This document shows, one piece after another, positions 19,854-29,407 of a stretch of DNA of 64,000 nucleotides. The position numbers and the translations under genes were made by a program. Source of the DNA: an uncultured bacterium. Lineage in GTDB: Bacteria > Lernaellota > Lernaellaia > JACKCT01. Location of the stretch: positions 287 to 64,286 of the forward strand of contig CAZQAE010000016.1 in the NCBI GenBank assembly GCA_964591275.1, in the 5' to 3' direction. Position 1 is the stretch's first letter; every line of letters starts with the position of its first letter. The notes beneath the pieces were generated by a model that made no database searches, was not told where the DNA came from, and was given only the letters and a program-made list of their open reading frames with translations.

Positions 19854-20894
19854 ATGTCGTTTCGCGTGATCGCCCTGACCGCCGCTTTTGTTTTTGTCCT
19901 TGCCGGCCTGGCCTTGGCGGGACCTTTCGTTGTCGTATCCGATTCCAAGGTGCTGCAGGCGCCCCAGGCGGATTCCAAAAGCATCGATGAGGTGCCCGAG
20001 GGAAATATCGTGGAAGTCACGCACCAGGCCGGAGATTATATGCGCGTTGAGTATGGTGTGAGCGGCAAGACCGGGTATCTTCCCGCCGGATCCTTGCAGC
20101 AGGCAAAAACAAGAGGCGGGCCCCTCGTGCCGATTCTGATCGCCGCCGCAACGCCGCTGGGGAAAATGGTGGCGAAGAAGACGACGGACTGGTTTAAGAA
20201 CAAATTCGATATCGGCGAAAAAGGCGAGTTGGAAGAATCTTCAGGAAGCGTTGAACCCGGTCGGGAAATGACCGCCGTGGGCCGGGAGGGCGATTGGCTG
20301 AAAGTCATTTTGCCGGATGGAGCCATCGGCTATGTCAGGGATGCGGTGAACCTTTTGCCGATGCAAAATATTTCCTACGCGCCATCATCCACCATGGGGA
20401 TATGGAAAAATTCCGATGCGATACCCGGCGAGGCCTCGGCGCTGGCCGTGCAGGTTGAAGTTCGGAAAACAGACGGTGCGCCGGTTCCGCCCAATTCCAC
20501 CTTAAAGCTGGGCGATGAATATAGAATCTACATCACGGCTTCAACGGATTGTTACGTGCGCGTCACTGCGGAAACGCCGGACCAAAACCACGTTTGTCAG
20601 TATTACCCGAACCACTTTCCCGGAACGCAAACCTCCATCGTGTTCAAAGCGGGCAAAACCTATTCGGGCGAGATGCTTCCGCAAGGGATGAATTTCAAGG
20701 TGGCTAAGCCTATCGGCGCAAAAGACATTTTGCGCATTGAAGCGACAAGCGCTGCGCCCTATCACTACGTCAAGCAGGGCGACGGCTGCGCGCCGACGCA
20801 AAAGTTTCGGGGCGGCGGTTTCTCCCGCGCGGGCGAGGTGAATAATCCAACGGCGCAGGTGCTCATCGAGTATCCTATCATCACCACCGAATGA
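19854..20894 (+). CDS. Secreted protein with two SH3-like domains and a C-terminal DUF4384-like domain
   Basis: Signal peptide. GDYMRVEYGVSGKTGYLPAGSL and GDWLKVILPDGAIGYV are SH3_3-like. LKLGDEYRIYITASTDCYVRV is DUF4384-like. Confidence 0.5.
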   Translation: MSFRVIALTAAFVFVLAGLALAGPFVVVSDSKVLQAPQADSKSIDEVPEGNIVEVTHQAGDYMRVEYGVSGKTGYLPAGSLQQAKTRGGPLVPILIAAATPLGKMVAKKTTDWFKNKFDIGEKGELEESSGSVEPGREMTAVGREGDWLKVILPDGAIGYVRDAVNLLPMQNISYAPSSTMGIWKNSDAIPGEASALAVQVEVRKTDGAPVPPNSTLKLGDEYRIYITASTDCYVRVTAETPDQNHVCQYYPNHFPGTQTSIVFKAGKTYSGEMLPQGMNFKVAKPIGAKDILRIEATSAAPYHYVKQGDGCAPTQKFRGGGFSRAGEVNNPTAQVLIEYPIITTE

Positions 20895-21071
20895 CGTGAG
20901 CCGCTGGTGATAACGGTGAGGCCGGGTTGTTCAACACCTTAGGAAAAGAGACAATGATCCAGTCTCAATCAGGTTGAGGCCAAATCATAAGTGCGAATTT
21001 TTTTTGACAGTACCAGTTTTTCAAGCGGAAAACTCCAGCGCTCCATGAAAGCCGTTACGGGTCGCTTGGAT

Positions 21072-21108
21072 GAAAAAGAGTAGTAATTTTCGAAGAACCG
21101 AAATTACT
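21072..21108 (-). terminator. Intrinsic terminator after the DUF3800-like gene
   Basis: On the minus strand, AGTAATTTCGGTTCTTCGAAAATTACT hairpin followed by CTCTTTTT. Confidence 0.5.
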
Positions 21109-21119
21109 AACATTATTAT

Positions 21120-22037
21120 TTATTCTCTAATTATTTGATTTCCTGAATATGCTTTGTCCAGAAAATTTTCATCTTCAACAAATGGAATTTTTAAGTAGAG
21201 AGGGAAATCTTCTATGGCGCGGCGACAGTTTAATCCAATATCAGATTCTATTGCTACCTTTGAGTGGAGATGTCTATACAGGTCATTACACAATATATCA
21301 GCCATGAAGGTCAAAGGCGAATTTTCTGTGTCGATTTCAATATCCATGATTGTCCTAATAGCATTGTCAAAGTTCGTTGCGGTGATGGTGATTTTTGCAA
21401 GATGCTTTTTTCCTTTGCTAACGTCATATCCTTTCACCGTTCGTTCATGTTCAGCTTGCGAGAGTTTCTCCAAGCATCTGCGGAGCTTCTTTTCAATACC
21501 AGGATCGATATGGTCAGAAACAATGAGCATATTTCCTCGTTCTTCTATTTTATTGAATTCATCTAACTGAATGAGGATATTTTCAAAAAGAATTTCATAC
21601 AATGACTCTGAAGTGTTATGACTAGTAATTTGTATTGGTGAGCGTCTCAGGAGCATCGATTGTTTCTTTATCTCCTCTCTCCTTTTCCTTACGAAGAAAA
21701 AACCAAGGGAATAAATTGCTGTGTAGAAGATGAGAACCTGTTCATTTAATAGGAAGTTTTGAACTTTGTTGCGGGCTTGATGAAACTCGTCTTGTATTTC
21801 TTTTACGCCACACGATGCGATTGCCGAACAATGAGCTTTAAAACCATGTTGAGTGCAAAGAGTAATGAGGGAACGAAGCATATTTTCAGCTTCAGTCTGA
21901 AAAGGTGCTAAGTTTGGTCCATCAAGGGCAAATCCAGCAATGATGCCGAAATCTACTTTTGACGGCTTGGATTTGACATATCCCTTTTCTCCGGCTTCAT
22001 CGAAATAAAAGTATGTATCAGTGACTTTTATTGTCAT
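21120..22037 (-). CDS. DUF3800-like protein (uncharacterised)
   Basis: N-terminal YFYFDEAGEKGY matches the conserved DE-containing start of DUF3800. The gene is visibly AT-rich relative to its flanks. Confidence 0.5.
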   Translation of the reverse strand: MTIKVTDTYFYFDEAGEKGYVKSKPSKVDFGIIAGFALDGPNLAPFQTEAENMLRSLITLCTQHGFKAHCSAIASCGVKEIQDEFHQARNKVQNFLLNEQVLIFYTAIYSLGFFFVRKRREEIKKQSMLLRRSPIQITSHNTSESLYEILFENILIQLDEFNKIEERGNMLIVSDHIDPGIEKKLRRCLEKLSQAEHERTVKGYDVSKGKKHLAKITITATNFDNAIRTIMDIEIDTENSPLTFMADILCNDLYRHLHSKVAIESDIGLNCRRAIEDFPLYLKIPFVEDENFLDKAYSGNQIIRE

Positions 22038-22048
22038 TATTGGTTACC

Positions 22049-22342
22049 TCAGAGTGCTTCGAAAAAATTGGTAAAAAACTCAAAATTGGTGACAGAACAT
22101 AATAATCCTTTGATTAGTGAGTATTGTGGTAATTGGTCTCCAGTCAATTTCTGTCTCCCAATTCCGTCTTGTTTTCTAATCATCCTTGGCTGCCTTCTTG
22201 CGTCGAGCTTTTGCATCCATGTCCCTTTTCTTGATTTTATGAAGATAACACAAATTTCGGCGATCAACAAATTATTATCGCGTGTCCAGGTATAATTTCT
22301 TTGGGCAAGCCGAGCATTTCGCATGGCGAAATTTTTAGTCAT
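22049..22342 (-). CDS. Small hypothetical ORF upstream of the DUF3800 gene (coding status uncertain)
   Basis: 97 codons, 11 nt upstream of the DUF3800 gene on the same strand. Its C-terminal half lies in dispersed repeat copy A. Confidence 0.25.
   Translation of the reverse strand: MTKNFAMRNARLAQRNYTWTRDNNLLIAEICVIFIKSRKGTWMQKLDARRQPRMIRKQDGIGRQKLTGDQLPQYSLIKGLLCSVTNFEFFTNFFEAL
22088..22220 (-). repeat. Dispersed repeat copy A
   Basis: Aligns with 23434-23560 (about three quarters identical by eye). Shared core GTGAGTATTGT...ATTTCTGTCTCCCA(A/T)TTCCG(T/C)CTTGT. Confidence 0.7.
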
Positions 22343-22486
22343 TGAGAAAACACCCCTTTTCGAACTTGGCGCTGACGAAGGGCATGCTTATAAATTCCTT
22401 GTTCGCGGCGCTGATATCGACCTGGTTTTATACAATGCGTTGATCTTACGGCAAACGAACTGCGCTACATTGTTATAATGTGTCTG

Positions 22487-23359
22487 TCACGTTTCGAATT
22501 GTACACCCGTGTGAAGGGCATGAAGCCTCGGACCCAATTCAGATTTCATGACTTGGAATGCCTCGTTTCCGGTGCAGTGACCGGTATAAATCGCGCCGGT
22601 GACTTCTTGTCCAAGCCTAAGCGCCAACTGACGGATTTCGCTTTCGGGAGCCGACATACGCTCAGAGCGAGGCAGGTTCAAGTGGAAACCGCCGACTATT
22701 GAACGAATGGGCCTTTCCGCCTTTTGCCCGCGCACGGCCTCTAGCATATTCAATATTCCGGAGTGCGCGCAGCCGGAGAAAACCACCGCCTCGGCATCTT
22801 GCTCCACGACCAATAGCAATTCGTGGCTGAAGTCATCCAGCACAAAATGGTTTTTGCGTTTAACCAGAAGATTCCGGTTGCCTTTGGCCAAGGGATGGGT
22901 GCGTGGAATCGTGGTCAGCACATGCACGCTGTCAGAAAGGTCGATGGGGGCGTCGATCCACTGGATCCGGTCAGAAAAACGCCCCAGCACCTCTGCGTCC
23001 AGACCGATGTAACGCGTGAGTAGTCCTGTGCGATGCACCAGGTCAGGCAATCCGGGCGTCAAGCTGCCGTAGAAAGGGCTGTCGGCGCCACGCTTGATGA
23101 TTGCCTTTGCCCGGTGGTTACGTTGGAAAAAGGCCTCCAGGCCGCCGCCATGATCATAGTGGCCGTGAGAAAGCACCAGCCACTCGACAGCCTCCAGGTC
23201 AATCCCCATGGCCTCCGCATTCAGCGCAAAACGACCGCTGGCTCCCGTGTCCATCAGGATCGTTGTCTGTTTCGTTTCGATCAACAACGAAAGGCCAAAC
23301 TCCGGTTCAAGGTTTGCGTGGGGACCCGGTGAATTTTCCACAAGGACGGTAATTTTCAA
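22487..23359 (-). CDS. MBL-fold metallo-hydrolase
   Basis: LVLSHGHYDHGGGL metal-binding motif, later FSGCAHSG and GHCTG. Confidence 0.8.
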   Translation of the reverse strand: MKITVLVENSPGPHANLEPEFGLSLLIETKQTTILMDTGASGRFALNAEAMGIDLEAVEWLVLSHGHYDHGGGLEAFFQRNHRAKAIIKRGADSPFYGSLTPGLPDLVHRTGLLTRYIGLDAEVLGRFSDRIQWIDAPIDLSDSVHVLTTIPRTHPLAKGNRNLLVKRKNHFVLDDFSHELLLVVEQDAEAVVFSGCAHSGILNMLEAVRGQKAERPIRSIVGGFHLNLPRSERMSAPESEIRQLALRLGQEVTGAIYTGHCTGNEAFQVMKSELGPRLHALHTGVQFET

Positions 23360-23433
23360 TGGATGCTCTCTTTCGTTGCTGTACGCTTAAGATGATTCCC
23401 ATCCCGAGCATGGGAAGTCGTTTGAAAACAACA

Positions 23434-23560
23434 GGTGACAATCACCTAATATATCTTTGGAATGTGAGTATTGTTGCAAAATAGTTCCGGTCGATTTCTG
23501 TCTCCCATTTCCGCCTTGTCTAGCGCCTTTATTTTGCTGAATTTTTGCTTCGAATTTTTG
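23434..23560 (-). repeat. Dispersed repeat copy B
   Basis: Same orientation as copy A, on the other side of the MBL gene. Confidence 0.7.
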
Positions 23561-23864
23561 CACCTGCGCCTCATTTCTCGATTCTTTTCTATACCATGAA
23601 ATCCGGAGGTCATCAAAGGAAATTCTCCAAGATCGGCCAAAAGGAAAATTGGGGCCACCAATTAGACTGGTTTTTTCGGATCGATAATTTTTTGGTTTTG
23701 CCAAAAGCACCGTTTTCTGAGCCGCGAATGTCCAGTCGCATCTGATGCTTTAGCGAAGGTGCGACAATGAGCGGGTATGCACCTACCCGGCAACAACGCA
23801 TTCTCCGGCAAAATCCGTGCGTACACGAACTTGGCGGCGTGAAACAAGCGGTTATCGAACAATC

Positions 23865-23956
23865 ACCCGCTCACTCATCGCCTGTTGGCGATTTTGTCGT
23901 TCGCGGCTCTGTTTCGCTGCCTGACGGCGATTTTGTCGTTCGCGGCTCGGTTTCGT
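23865..23956. repeat. 52-bp dispersed repeat (1.6 tandem copies)
   Basis: CCCGCTCACTCATCGCCT...GGCGATTTTGTCGTTCGCGGCTCTGTTTCG at 23865-23916. The 30-nt core repeats at 23927-23956. A near-identical copy lies at 63874-63925. Confidence 0.85.
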
Positions 23957-24120
23957 TCTCGCGGAGGGCTGCACGGGTTAGGTGTCTACAAATTCCACCC
24001 GGATGATTCGCAGTCTAGCGCAAGAAAACTCTAATCTTGACCTTGCTCAATAATATGCGGTATGTAACGTTGTTAGTCAGGCCTTAGAGTAGAACTTGAG
24101 CGATAGAGGTTTTAGGCGAT

Positions 24121-25161
24121 ATGGATGAAAAAAAAGTTGAAAACACCGCCGTCATTTTAAACGCCAATGCGCGAAAAGTGACGCGGAAAATCAAAAGGCA
24201 GACCGAGCAGTTCATTCCCAAAGCCCAGCTCTACGTGTCTCACAGTTATGATGAGGCCAGGACCGCCATTAGCGACATCGTGGAAAAAGGCTATCAGACC
24301 GTTTTTTGCGGCGGCGGCGACGGCACGCTCGTCAATACCATCACGCAGTTCAAGGAATACATCGATCAAAAAAATAAAGAGGTGCAAAGCGCCGTGGCGC
24401 AATACAAGTTTCCGACCCTGGGCGTTCTTAAACTGGGGACGGGCAACGGCATCTCGGGAATGATTGGCAATCCGAAGGGACTGAGTCCATTGCGTTCTTT
24501 CAACTCCGGCGAAAAGTCGAGCCTGATGAAGTTGAATCTGATCGAGTCGGAAAAGAAGCAATTTCACTTTGCGGGGCTGGGGTGGGATGCGGCCATCATC
24601 AACGATTACCATGCGATGAGAGAGCGTTTCTCAAAAGTTCTGGTCGCCGGAAGGCTCATGGAAGGCTTCCGGGGCTACATCGCGTCCATGGCTGTGAAGA
24701 CCGTGCCGAGGGAACTATTCCGCCGTCGGCCCCCGAACGTCCGCGTCATCAACGAGGGCGACCAAGTTTATAATATGCGCCTGAACAAACCCGCGGAGTT
24801 GATGCAGTACAAGCGCGGCGACACGATCTATGAAGGTCCGGTCAGCGTTCTAGGCGCCGGAACTTCCCCTTTCTACGGCTATAATCTGGTGGCCTTTCCC
24901 TTCGCGCGCCTCAAGGAAGGTTATATGAATTTCCGCATCATTAATGCGGGCGTAGTGGAATGCGTGATGCGGAGTCCGTGGATATTCCGCGGTCGTTATC
25001 AGTCGAAAAACTTCCTGGACTTTCTGGCCACAAAAGTTCGCATGGAATTTGACCAACCCATGCCCCTGCACATCGGCGGCGACGCCAGCGGCTACCGCGA
25101 ATCCATCACCTTTTCCATGAGCGACCTGTCGGTGAACATCCTGGATTATTCGCGAGCTTGA
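24121..25161 (+). CDS. Diacylglycerol/lipid kinase catalytic-domain protein (DAGK_cat, YegS-like)
   Basis: VILNANARKV ... VFCGGGDGTLVN motif. Confidence 0.7.
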   Translation: MDEKKVENTAVILNANARKVTRKIKRQTEQFIPKAQLYVSHSYDEARTAISDIVEKGYQTVFCGGGDGTLVNTITQFKEYIDQKNKEVQSAVAQYKFPTLGVLKLGTGNGISGMIGNPKGLSPLRSFNSGEKSSLMKLNLIESEKKQFHFAGLGWDAAIINDYHAMRERFSKVLVAGRLMEGFRGYIASMAVKTVPRELFRRRPPNVRVINEGDQVYNMRLNKPAELMQYKRGDTIYEGPVSVLGAGTSPFYGYNLVAFPFARLKEGYMNFRIINAGVVECVMRSPWIFRGRYQSKNFLDFLATKVRMEFDQPMPLHIGGDASGYRESITFSMSDLSVNILDYSRA

Positions 25162-25334
25162 TTGTTTTCATCATTCGGGTGTGCGCTTATTCTTTCATCG
25201 CCAGTGATCATTGCCGCGTAATTTCATGTCTTAATAATCCGATTTATTGACAGGCGAGCGGATCATTGGGCAAAGTGATCCGCCATTGCCATGGATTTTG
25301 AAAATTCATTGAAGTCACAAGAGTAAAATCCAAA

Positions 25335-26885
25335 ATGCAACGCATCACGCCCATTTTACGCGCTTTCTCGCTCGCCTGCCTGGCACTCTTTATGACTGTC
25401 GCAGTCGCCGGCGCGCAGCCGGGCAAAGCTGAATCTTCAAAGGAATCCTTATCCCTGGCCATGTCCGGGGCCTTTCAACCCTTCTCAACCACTGATGAAA
25501 AGGGTCGGCTGGTCGGCTTCGACGCCGACATCGCCCGGGAGATCGCGATTCGTCTCGACCTAAAACCACAGCTCGTGCAAACCGATTGGGCCGGGATACA
25601 GGCGGGGCTGCAAAGCGGCAAATATGATCTGATCTGCGGTTCGATGGCCATAACCGACGAGCGCCTGAAGACCATGCATTTCACGCTACCCTATTACGTC
25701 AGCGGGGCGCAGGTCTTCGCCAAAAAGGGCGTTATAGATTTCGCGGGAATCCGTATCGGGATATTAGAGGATTCCACGTATTCGAAATACATCAATGAGC
25801 ATCCCGAAAAATTTCCCGATGCAATTGTCGTAAACTATGGTAGCGAGGCGGAGATCGTGGCCGCCATGAACACCGACAAGATTGACGCCTTTATCTCGGA
25901 TCGCATCGTCGGCGGATTTTACATCGCCAAGGGAAGCGCCGGAGATATCTTTCCCTTCGGTCCCCTGCTTTATGAGGAGGCTTGCGGGATCGCCGCCAGG
26001 CAGGACTCGGCAAAGCTGGTTCACCGCATCAACGACGTCCTTTTCCAGATGATCCGAGACGGCGCGTACGCGAAAATTTACGCCAAATGGGTCGGCGCCG
26101 ATCCGGATTTGGAAGTGCTCCTGACCTCCTGGGGTCGCTACGCGAAAAAAATTCCGCCCATAAAAAGCGAAAGCGCGGCAACCGGCGCGAAGCCTCAGTT
26201 TGCCGAACAGGCCTCCGCCATGCTGCCGCTACTTGCCAAAGGCGCCATCCTTACGGTGGAACTAACCCTCATTACCGCCATCCTCGCACTCCTGACCGGT
26301 TCGCTTATCGGCGTGGGGACCACCTCGCGCCGGTGGTGGATTAAGGGTGCGGCCAAGACCTATATTTGGGTGGTTCGAGGTACGCCTCTTCTTGTGCAGC
26401 TTTTCATGTCCTACTTCGTCTTGGCGACTGTGATCAATCGTGCGGCGGGAGTCGAAATAATCGGTGCTTTCGGCGCGGCGCTGATCGCCCTGATCGTGAA
26501 CACTACGGCCTACAACGCGGAAACTTTGCGGGGTGGGATCAACGCGGTGGACACAGGCCAGTGGGATGCGGCGGCATCGTTGGGAATGACCCGGCTCCGG
26601 ATCATGCGCCGGGTGATTTTGCCCCAGGCCTTTCGCGATTCGCTGCCGTCTTTGGGAAACAATCTGGTAGTGCTGACCAAAGACACCTCCCTGGTCGGGG
26701 CCATAACCCTCATCGAACTGACCTATTCGGCCCGCAACATCGTCTTTCAAACTGGGCAGGCCTTTTTGCCTTTCCTGCTGGCTGCGGGTTTTTATCTGCT
26801 AATAATCTCGGTCATCACGGTTTCCATGAAGGCGTGGGAGCGATACCTGCAGCGATCCCGGCAGGCGGTTGGGAGGTCGATCTGA
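25335..26885 (+). CDS. Polar amino-acid ABC transporter, fused substrate-binding protein and permease
   Basis: Signal peptide plus an SBP_bac_3-like domain (GFDADIAREIA, DLICGSMAITDER), followed by a HisM/GlnP-type permease with the EAA loop (AASLGMTRLRIMRRVILPQA). Confidence 0.85.
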   Translation: MQRITPILRAFSLACLALFMTVAVAGAQPGKAESSKESLSLAMSGAFQPFSTTDEKGRLVGFDADIAREIAIRLDLKPQLVQTDWAGIQAGLQSGKYDLICGSMAITDERLKTMHFTLPYYVSGAQVFAKKGVIDFAGIRIGILEDSTYSKYINEHPEKFPDAIVVNYGSEAEIVAAMNTDKIDAFISDRIVGGFYIAKGSAGDIFPFGPLLYEEACGIAARQDSAKLVHRINDVLFQMIRDGAYAKIYAKWVGADPDLEVLLTSWGRYAKKIPPIKSESAATGAKPQFAEQASAMLPLLAKGAILTVELTLITAILALLTGSLIGVGTTSRRWWIKGAAKTYIWVVRGTPLLVQLFMSYFVLATVINRAAGVEIIGAFGAALIALIVNTTAYNAETLRGGINAVDTGQWDAAASLGMTRLRIMRRVILPQAFRDSLPSLGNNLVVLTKDTSLVGAITLIELTYSARNIVFQTGQAFLPFLLAAGFYLLIISVITVSMKAWERYLQRSRQAVGRSI

Positions 26886-27652
26886 TGAGCGGGCAAAAGA
26901 AGATCGAAATCCGTGTGCAGGGTTTGAAAAAACAATTCGGCGATCTCGCAGTACTGAAAGGCGTGGATTTTTCGGTCAACGAGCATGAGGTCGTGGCGCT
27001 GATCGGCCCGTCGGGATCGGGGAAAAGCACCTTGCTGCGCTGTCTTAATCTGCTGGAATTTCCCGATGCCGGGAAAATATTCGTCAAAGACGCGCCTGTG
27101 GAATATCAAACCATGACGCCGACTCAGCTTACGCAGCACCGCACGCGCATGGGCATGGTATTTCAGCATTTCCATCTCTTCCCTCATCGCAACGCGCTGC
27201 AAAACGTCATTGAAGGTCCCGTGCATGTACGCGGCCTGAAGGAATCAGAAGCCACCGAAAAGGGAAAAGCGCTGCTCAATCAGGTCGGCTTGCAGGACAA
27301 GTACGAGGCCTGGCCGTCGCAACTGTCCGGCGGGCAGAAACAGCGTGTGGCCATCGCGCGCGCCCTGGCTATGAATCCGGAGGTTCTTCTCCTCGACGAG
27401 ATCACCAGCGCTCTGGATGTGGAGATGATTTCCGGCATCAATGATCTGCTCACCGACCTTGCCATGAAGGGGATGACCATGGTCATCGTCACGCACGACC
27501 TGGGTTTTGCACGGCGCGCGGCAGGCAAAATCTGCTTTCTCGACGACGGGGAAATCATCGAATCCGGCGCCCCGGAAGATTTGCTGGACCATCCAAAAGA
27601 AAAGCGCGTCAAGGAGTTTCTGCGCGCCGTGCAAAGCACACCTCTAGCGTAG
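26885..27652 (+). CDS. Amino-acid ABC transporter ATP-binding protein
   Basis: Walker A GPSGSGKST, signature LSGGQKQR, Walker B LLLDE. Its ATG overlaps the permease stop (ATGA). Confidence 0.9.
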   Translation: MSGQKKIEIRVQGLKKQFGDLAVLKGVDFSVNEHEVVALIGPSGSGKSTLLRCLNLLEFPDAGKIFVKDAPVEYQTMTPTQLTQHRTRMGMVFQHFHLFPHRNALQNVIEGPVHVRGLKESEATEKGKALLNQVGLQDKYEAWPSQLSGGQKQRVAIARALAMNPEVLLLDEITSALDVEMISGINDLLTDLAMKGMTMVIVTHDLGFARRAAGKICFLDDGEIIESGAPEDLLDHPKEKRVKEFLRAVQSTPLA

Positions 27653-27718
27653 CTTTGGTATTTGATTACACTCATTTCATTGACAAAGCGCGAACTTCTC
27701 TGACACCCTATCACTCCC

Positions 27719-28282
27719 ATGATGCAATTATTTCAAAGCAGCTACTACTGGCTTGATCTTCTCGTCGGCTACGGATTCCCCGCGATCCTATTCGTCTTTT
27801 ACTTGCGGGGAAGAGTCGGCCAGCGCGACTGGAGGCTTTTTTGGATCGGGGCTTTGATCGGTCTTTTTTGGGAAGTTCCGATATTTGCTTTAAGCGCAAT
27901 GTCGAAGGCGCCCATTGTGGCGTGGGTGCGCGAATTTCCCATGCACTGGACGGTTTTCATGGTGTCGCACACGCTATGGGACGGCGCGATATTTCTCGTG
28001 GGCGTTTGGTTCGTGGCCCTAATTTGCCGACCGCCCGTACTTGCGCGATTCCGCCTGAGTGAATTGGCGGTGATGATTGCCTGGGGGCAGGCCTCAGCGC
28101 TTTTGGTGGAGCTTTCCAGCATTACAAACGATGCCTGGGTCTACGTTGAAGGCTACTGGTGGAACCCGACGCTCTTTTACGTGGGGGCGCACCCGATCAC
28201 GTTGATGATGCAGCCCATATGGTTTGTCGCGCCGATACTGTTTTATTTCATCTCGTTGAGGATGAAAGATTCGAATCGATAA
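27719..28282 (+). CDS. Hypothetical integral membrane protein
   Basis: 187 aa, about 5 hydrophobic segments, Trp-rich. No family recognised. Confidence 0.4.
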   Translation: MMQLFQSSYYWLDLLVGYGFPAILFVFYLRGRVGQRDWRLFWIGALIGLFWEVPIFALSAMSKAPIVAWVREFPMHWTVFMVSHTLWDGAIFLVGVWFVALICRPPVLARFRLSELAVMIAWGQASALLVELSSITNDAWVYVEGYWWNPTLFYVGAHPITLMMQPIWFVAPILFYFISLRMKDSNR

Positions 28283-28503
28283 CCCGGAATTGGCTGCCAA
28301 CATATTTTGGTCGATGATATCCGGCGCTTTGTTCTGGCCGCAACTGTTTCAAAAAGTATCGGATATCGAGAATCTCCAAGTGCTGAAAAATGAATTGATT
28401 CAGATGTTTTTGAGCCACTATCGCGTGTGAACATTTTCGATTGCGGGTGATCGAAAGCGGGTGTCAACAATCTTTTCATTGTGATATAAAAGTACATCCC
28501 GAC

Positions 28504-29211
28504 ATGAAAGGAGAATCTGTGACGAAAAAAGCGCTTTTGATTGGAAACTCGGATGGCATTGGGCTTGCGGCGACGAAGGAATTGTTAAAACTGGGTTGGC
28601 AAGTCACGGGAATTTCGCGGAGTGAATCTTCGATTAAAGACGAAGCCTACGAACACGCCGTGGCGCAGGTGTCGAATGACGATTATCTGGAAAAACTGGA
28701 ATCAGTTGTGCGTGAAAACGAAGTGATTGATTTGTGCGTGTATTTTGTTGGGATCGGCGAATTATTGAATTTTGAGGACATGAGCGCGGAGGTGGATGTC
28801 GTCGATGTAAACCTATTGGGGATGATAAAAACCGCGTCCCGCGTAATCCCCATGATGCTAAGGCGAGGGCAGGGGCATTTTATCGGACTTTCCAGCCTGG
28901 CTGACGATATGCTATCTCCCGAAGCTCCAAGCTACCACGCCTCGAAGGCTGGTTTTTCCAATTACCTGGAGGGATTGGCCCTGGCGCTCAAAAGCAAGGG
29001 CGTGCACGTTACGAATCTGCGCTTCGGATTTGTCGATACGAAAATGGCTAAAGGCGATTTTAAGCCTTTCATGATGAGTGCGGGAAAGGCCGCGTGGCAT
29101 CTTTTGAAATGCGTGGAGAAAAAACCGATGCGATACACCGCGCCCTGGGTTGTGATTCCGCTCATAAAATTCCGCAAGTGGGTGCTGAATATGAGCGTCC
29201 TGTTTGGCTGA
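28504..29211 (+). CDS. Short-chain dehydrogenase/reductase (SDR)
   Basis: KKALLIGNSDGIGLA cofactor motif and YHASK active-site motif. GGAG-type RBS before ATG 28504. Confidence 0.75.
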   Translation: MKGESVTKKALLIGNSDGIGLAATKELLKLGWQVTGISRSESSIKDEAYEHAVAQVSNDDYLEKLESVVRENEVIDLCVYFVGIGELLNFEDMSAEVDVVDVNLLGMIKTASRVIPMMLRRGQGHFIGLSSLADDMLSPEAPSYHASKAGFSNYLEGLALALKSKGVHVTNLRFGFVDTKMAKGDFKPFMMSAGKAAWHLLKCVEKKPMRYTAPWVVIPLIKFRKWVLNMSVLFG

Positions 29212-29407
29212 TCCGATTCCTTTCCGCTTCCACTTGCCGGCGCATTTTCGTGCGCTGCTGGATAATGACCTCCTCCGCGGTGAGCAGTTTCCAAAAGAGG
29301 TTTGCGCTGAAACTGTCGATGGTTATCGCGGGGCTGCGCTGCTCAGTAGTTTATACGCAGATATTCTTTGCCACAAAAGTGAAAAATGCCATCGAAATGT
29401 GAGTGAT

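Noticed and set aside
24121-25161. Sphingolipid pathway idea (DAGK/sphingosine-kinase-like gene plus the KDSR-like SDR at 42294-43118)
   Set aside because: The genes are 17 kb apart, there is no serine palmitoyltransferase or ceramide synthase in the window, and both families are generic.
26366-26884. 173-codon N-terminal extension of the ABC ATPase ORF
   Set aside because: It overlaps the permease gene in another frame and is Gly/Arg-rich. The canonical ATPase starts at ATG 26885 (MSGQKKIEIRVQGLKK), overlapping the permease stop.
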